From the NCBI GenBank assembly GCA_043801745.1, contig JAZDLR010000016.1, forward strand, positions 70,331 through 134,330: a stretch of DNA of 64,000 nucleotides. Reading direction: 5' to 3'. Position numbers and translations under genes: made by a program. This document shows positions 60,601-64,000 of the stretch, one piece after another. Within the stretch, counting starts at the first letter, position 1; the number at the start of each line of letters is the position of its first letter. The notes under the pieces were generated by a model that did no database searches, was not told the origin of the DNA, and was given only the letters and a program-made list of their open reading frames with translations. This stretch comes from Candidatus Komeilibacteria bacterium (GTDB taxonomy: Bacteria > Patescibacteriota > Patescibacteriia > UBA1558 > 2-01-FULL-52-15).

Positions 60601-61365
60601 GCCGTAAGCATAGTGTAGACCGGTATTGAACCACTGGGGTGAATTGGGCGCACCCAATTGATGTACGAGCATATAGCTCATTTCATCCTCGTAAGCCTGG
60701 GCATCTTCCGGAGTAGCAAAATAATCATATTTTTCACCCCAGAAACGCCAGCAACCAGCCAGACGATGGACTATCTGCCTCACACTATGTTCAGGGCCCA
60801 GCACTGGTTTGCCTTGGGCATCGGTTAGGTAGTTACCTTGGTCATCGGTTTGCGGCACCCCGGCCTTGCGGATGTATTTTTGGGCCAAAATATCAGAGGC
60901 GACCTGTGACCAGGATTGCGGTACTTCAATATCCTTCATTTCGGCAACGACCGTGCCATCAGCATTACGGATAATAGAGGTGCGCAGCTCATAATCGATT
61001 TCCGCCAAAGGATCAACGCCCTGTTTGGTAAATAACCGGTTGATCTTCAGGCCCAGTCCCGCCCGTTGTATTGGCTCCAAGGGTAGTTTTTTGTCTTTAT
61101 GTAAAGAGTAAAAACGGGCTACTTCGGGTAATTCATTTTGCAGCAAAACCCAAGCCACCGCATTACGGACGTCTTCGGTAGTAATGTTGGCTATTTTTTC
61201 CGCCTCTTTTTCTAGTTTGGAAATAACCTCACAAGCGAATTGTTGCGGTAAGGGCTGTTCGAGAAGACCTTGAGCCGCCAGGATAAACTCCAGGCTGCGG
61301 GCTAATTTAAGGGCATCAAACTGCTCGAGCTGACCGCTGCGTTTTTTGATTGAGGAGAGAGGCAT
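57646..61365 (-). CDS. nrdJ: class II (adenosylcobalamin) ribonucleotide reductase with N-terminal ATP cone
   Basis: PNSPQWFNTG, ASNPCSEY, IAPTGTI, C-terminal CxxC..CxxC..GCS. Confidence 0.97.
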   Translation of the reverse strand: MPLSSIKKRSGQLEQFDALKLARSLEFILAAQGLLEQPLPQQFACEVISKLEKEAEKIANITTEDVRNAVAWVLLQNELPEVARFYSLHKDKKLPLEPIQRAGLGLKINRLFTKQGVDPLAEIDYELRTSIIRNADGTVVAEMKDIEVPQSWSQVASDILAQKYIRKAGVPQTDDQGNYLTDAQGKPVLGPEHSVRQIVHRLAGCWRFWGEKYDYFATPEDAQAYEDEMSYMLVHQLGAPNSPQWFNTGLHYAYGITGTPQGHYFVDPLTRDLNQSADAYTHPQPHACFIQSLNDDLVNEGGIFDLVLREARLFKYGSGTGSNFSSLRGAQEKLSGGGRSSGLMSFLRIFDRAAGAVKSGGTTRRAAKMVVVDIDHPDIEEFIEWKMKEEQKVASLVTGSQINSRQLNDIMTTAIAEKTTDWTKSTKVKRAIHAAIIAGAPLNYIERVLRLIDQGYSSLSYPIQDTHFEGEAYSSVAGQNSNNSVRLTNEFMQAVAQGKDWKLIRRTDGQVAKTIPAQQLWDKINYSAWSCADPGLQFHDTANEWHTCSNDGPITASNPCSEYMFLDDTACNLASINLAHFLDEDSGQFQIEKFQHAVRLWTITLEISVLMAQFPSKQMAWNSYLYRTLGLGYANLGTILMTLGIPYDSSPARNIAGAITAIMSGEAYATSAEMAAVLGPFERFPANRETMLQVLRNHRRAAYNATPQEYENLTVKPLGLDPKYTPGDLIAAARECWDRAIALGEVHGYRNAQTTLIAPTGTIGLVMDCDTTGIEPDFAIVKYKKLAGGGYLKIINRSVHKGLKRLNYNPEQIKEIETYALGHNSLKNSPHINNESLNNLGFSDKDLANIETALASAMNLSFVFNASILGEQTLLRLGFTPAEITDPKLNVLQHLGFSPEQIQQANEYIFGTMTLEGAPHLRPENYLVFDCANRCGSGGTRYIPYDAHIMMMAATQPFLSGAISKTINMPHEATIAEVASVHEKSWTHMLKAVALYRDGSKLSQPLNSTTDESSLLQLAMADDVDETVGPKEFQQMAAGRGVQEKLPHQRQGFVQEAIVGGHKVYVRTGEYPDGRLGEIFIDMYKEGAAYRSLVNMFAISISKGLQYGIPLEEYVDTFTYTKFEPAGVIQGHPNIKMATSIMDYVFRLLGFEYLNRIDLVQNKPEDPQPTLPMDLSHTTVTLQTNGHSEHKKVADLDVKDAARQQGFTGDQCGSCGSMKMKRNGSCLLCADCGETTGCS

Positions 61366-61513
61366 GGGCGGGGTTATTTAATAGTTAATTTCGCCCATAG
61401 GGCGACCGCCCTGTGGGCGGTTTTGGCGAAAAAAAGTCACCCTCGACCATAAAACGGCCGTTGGTGAGTGGTCAAAAATAGAGAATCAGGGACGCATTGG
61501 CTTGTGGACAACA

Positions 61514-61561
61514 ACACAAGATATTGTGTCTAAAACGAGTATAGCACACTACATCTTGTGG
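61514..61561. promoter_or_regulatory. tandem NrdR boxes upstream of nrdJ
   Basis: acacaagatattgtgt (61514) and acactacatcttgtgg (61546), 32 nt apart. Confidence 0.8.
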
Positions 61562-61712
61562 TTCAAACAAACTGGCAAAAATGGCAGATTTTATCAAGAA
61601 AACGGCCGTGAGCGCTTTTTGGGGGCTGAATCGGCCCGGCGATAGGTCCGGTTAAAGTGCATTTTTCCGGGTTATTCTGGTGAGGTTAATGTAATTTTGT
61701 TACACTAGGCCT

Positions 61713-63260
61713 ATGGATAATAGGTTTGATCTTCATAATCGGCCGGAGAATGCGGCTAAGCAGCGTGAATTTTCAGCCAAAACAGGACCAGAGCGCGATC
61801 AGCTGGTGGCTGCCGCCTATGGCGAGGCAGAATTGCTGCACGCCGACACACTAGATACTTTGGCCGGCCGAGCCGAAGGCCAGGACCGGGAACAGCTAGA
61901 TTTAGCTCTAACACTAGCTCAGCGGATCAAGGCCGAAGGTGGTATGGCTTTGGTGGTTGGCGGTTATGTCCGTGATTTGGCTCTGTCAAAGTTTGGCTAT
62001 CAAATTAAACCAAAGGATTTGGACCTGGAGATTTATGGTCTGGAGTTTGACCGGTTGATGACTATACTCCAAGACTATGGCGAGCCCAATATTGTTGGTG
62101 CTTCTTTTGTTGGTATTAAGTTAAATGGTTTGGATATTACCCTGCCGCGACGAGACTCTAAGACCGGGGTGGGACACCGGGGCTTTACCGTCGAGGGCGA
62201 TCCCCAGATGTCAGTTAAGGAAGCTGGTCGGCGGCGGGATTTCACCATCAATGCCCTAGCTCTGGATCCTTTTACCGGACAAATAATAGATCATTACGGA
62301 GGTTTGGAGGATATTAAGCGGAAAATGGTGCGGGCGATTGATGCCCGTTCATTTTCCGAAGATTCTATACGTGTTTTGCGCGCGGCGCAATTTGCCGGCC
62401 GCTTCAATTTTACTGTCGAGGAGCAGACCGCTGAACTGTGCCGTAGCCTACCCTTAGATGATTTACCCAAAGAGCGCATTGGTGAGGAGTGGTTGAAATT
62501 ACTAATGAAATCTCCGCGGCCCAGTATTGGTTTAGAGCAGGCTAGGGATTTAAAGATTATTGAAAAGTTACACCCTGAGCTACAGGCATTAATCGGATTG
62601 CCGCAAAATCCCGAGTGGCATCCTGAAGGCGACGTCTGGACGCATACTTTGATGACAGTAGATGAGGCAGCCCAGATTGTTCAGCGGGAAAATTTAGATG
62701 AGGATGACGCGCAAATATTATTATTGGCCGGTCTGTGTCATGATACGGGTAAAGCCACCACAACGGCAGTTGATGAGCGGGGGCGAGTTATTTCCCATAG
62801 CCATACCGAAGAAGGCGTACAGCCGACTGTTAATTTTCTGCGCAGTCTGAATATTAAGGAAAAGAATATTGCCAAAATTGTGCCTTTGGTGCGGGAGCAT
62901 ATGTTTCCTCAGGTTCAGAGTAATTTCACTAACCGAGCCCTGGGACGGTTATCGCGCCGCTTGGGAGAAACTTCAATCCAGATGTTAGTGTGGTTGGCAG
63001 AAGCAGATATGCACGGGCGGGCCCTGCCCTGGAAAGGTTTTTCTTCTGGCGATGAGCTTCTGGCTCAAGCTAAAGCCTTAAATATTAATGAGGCCAAGCC
63101 CATTCGTTTGATAACAGGCAAGGATCTGATTAATCAAGGTGTGCCGGGAAATCCGGAAATGGGGCGGATATTGGAAGAATTAGAAGGGGCGCAGTTGGAG
63201 GGCAAGTTTACTACCAAAGAAGAGGGTTTGGAATATTATTGGCAGCATCTGGCCAAGTGA
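61713..63260 (+). CDS. cca: CCA tRNA nucleotidyltransferase with HD domain
   Basis: VGGYVRD, DLDLE, RRRDFTINA, HPEGDVWTH, CHDTGK. Confidence 0.92.
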   Translation: MDNRFDLHNRPENAAKQREFSAKTGPERDQLVAAAYGEAELLHADTLDTLAGRAEGQDREQLDLALTLAQRIKAEGGMALVVGGYVRDLALSKFGYQIKPKDLDLEIYGLEFDRLMTILQDYGEPNIVGASFVGIKLNGLDITLPRRDSKTGVGHRGFTVEGDPQMSVKEAGRRRDFTINALALDPFTGQIIDHYGGLEDIKRKMVRAIDARSFSEDSIRVLRAAQFAGRFNFTVEEQTAELCRSLPLDDLPKERIGEEWLKLLMKSPRPSIGLEQARDLKIIEKLHPELQALIGLPQNPEWHPEGDVWTHTLMTVDEAAQIVQRENLDEDDAQILLLAGLCHDTGKATTTAVDERGRVISHSHTEEGVQPTVNFLRSLNIKEKNIAKIVPLVREHMFPQVQSNFTNRALGRLSRRLGETSIQMLVWLAEADMHGRALPWKGFSSGDELLAQAKALNINEAKPIRLITGKDLINQGVPGNPEMGRILEELEGAQLEGKFTTKEEGLEYYWQHLAK

Positions 63261-63338
63261 TTTTTTTTAAGTCAGGTGCTGACCATTATGATAATTGATA
63301 CCGCCCCGTGATCCAGAGGACCACGGGGCGGTGAGGGT

Positions 63339-63998
63339 TTATTTGACGGAAGGGGGGTTGGCGTACCAACGCCAGCCTTCCATGAAGGAGAGGAAGGTCA
63401 AGAGCGTAACGGCCGAGTCATATTCTTTCCTACGGATTGTTTCCCCGAATCCTCCGTAGAGAATCGGCGCACAACCGGCTCGCATAGCCACAATGTCGAG
63501 ATCCATTAGGTCGGTATCAACCATGACAAACCGGTTATTATCGCCCTGAGCATCTTTCATGGCTGGGAGTCTGGACCAGTGCGGATACTGCAAGTGGGGA
63601 ACGTTTACATCCTTTGCCAGCAGAGGTATGGCGTCAAGGGCTCCGGCCTTAGCCAGTATTTCTGGTATACCATGAAGAATGGCAGCCTCATACACCGGCT
63701 CTTTCAACGGCCGCGATGTACTTTTCGCAAGTACTGTGGACAGAAAGCGGGTAATTTGTCTGAGTTGTTGCTGGTTGGGAGTAAACCTGCTGCGTTGGGT
63801 GAAGAACCTGACCAAGGCTTCGGTGGCGCGGAAATGAGCACTGTTTTCACCCCCCAAGGTGGAGGCGAATTTTTCAGCCGCGCGGCACAGGTGAACTTCA
63901 CAGTAGTCCAAGTTGGTTGAGTCCCTAAGGTCGAAGTGTAGCAGAAGTAGACCCATAACCGCGGCTGACCGCTGTGCCTCATCTTCATTGTTGTAGAA
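63339..63998 (-). CDS. hypothetical protein, 5' end beyond the window
   Basis: Frame stays open upstream of the 63956 ATG to the window edge. Confidence 0.6.
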   Translation of the reverse strand, partial: FYNNEDEAQRSAAVMGLLLLHFDLRDSTNLDYCEVHLCRAAEKFASTLGGENSAHFRATEALVRFFTQRSRFTPNQQQLRQITRFLSTVLAKSTSRPLKEPVYEAAILHGIPEILAKAGALDAIPLLAKDVNVPHLQYPHWSRLPAMKDAQGDNNRFVMVDTDLMDLDIVAMRAGCAPILYGGFGETIRRKEYDSAVTLLTFLSFMEGWRWYANPPSVK

Positions 63999-64000
63999 TT

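Overview
This 64 kb window looks like chromosome from a small-genome bacterium, most likely Patescibacteria/CPR of the Parcubacteria type. That is an inference from the gene set, the stand-alone expanded 23S-5S locus and the repeat families; TGA is used as a stop codon. Core genes include rnhB, nusA, hppA, tig, nfo, suhB, ssb, murD, purA, glmS, rplS, gmk, rluD, pilT, cobO, nrdJ and cca. They are interleaved with self-contained accessory genes that have strong Shine-Dalgarno sites, and with 10 intact tRNAs. The main observation is two 'Russian-doll' tRNA loci, Val-GAC at 30199-30452 and Lys-CTT at 51899-52148. In each, an outer tRNA gene is split at the same D-arm position (A23|G24) by a 174-175 nt hairpin-bounded insert that carries an intact tRNA with the same anticodon. 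The same pattern of a broken old copy, a short palindromic insert and an intact replacement nearby recurs at tRNA-Gly, -Leu, -Ala, -Arg, 5S rRNA and the 5' end of rnhB. Stranded 5' ends without a palindromic insert occur at purA and probably the EndoQ-like gene. HNH, LAGLIDADG-like and GIY-YIG nuclease genes sit next to tRNA genes. Also seen: a type III hammerhead ribozyme (28432-28493), a ~670 nt pseudoknotted candidate ncRNA (845-1510), smaller ncRNA candidates, two SD-led 3-codon minigenes and a solitary Mu Gam-like gene. All calls are by eye; no searches or folding programs were run.
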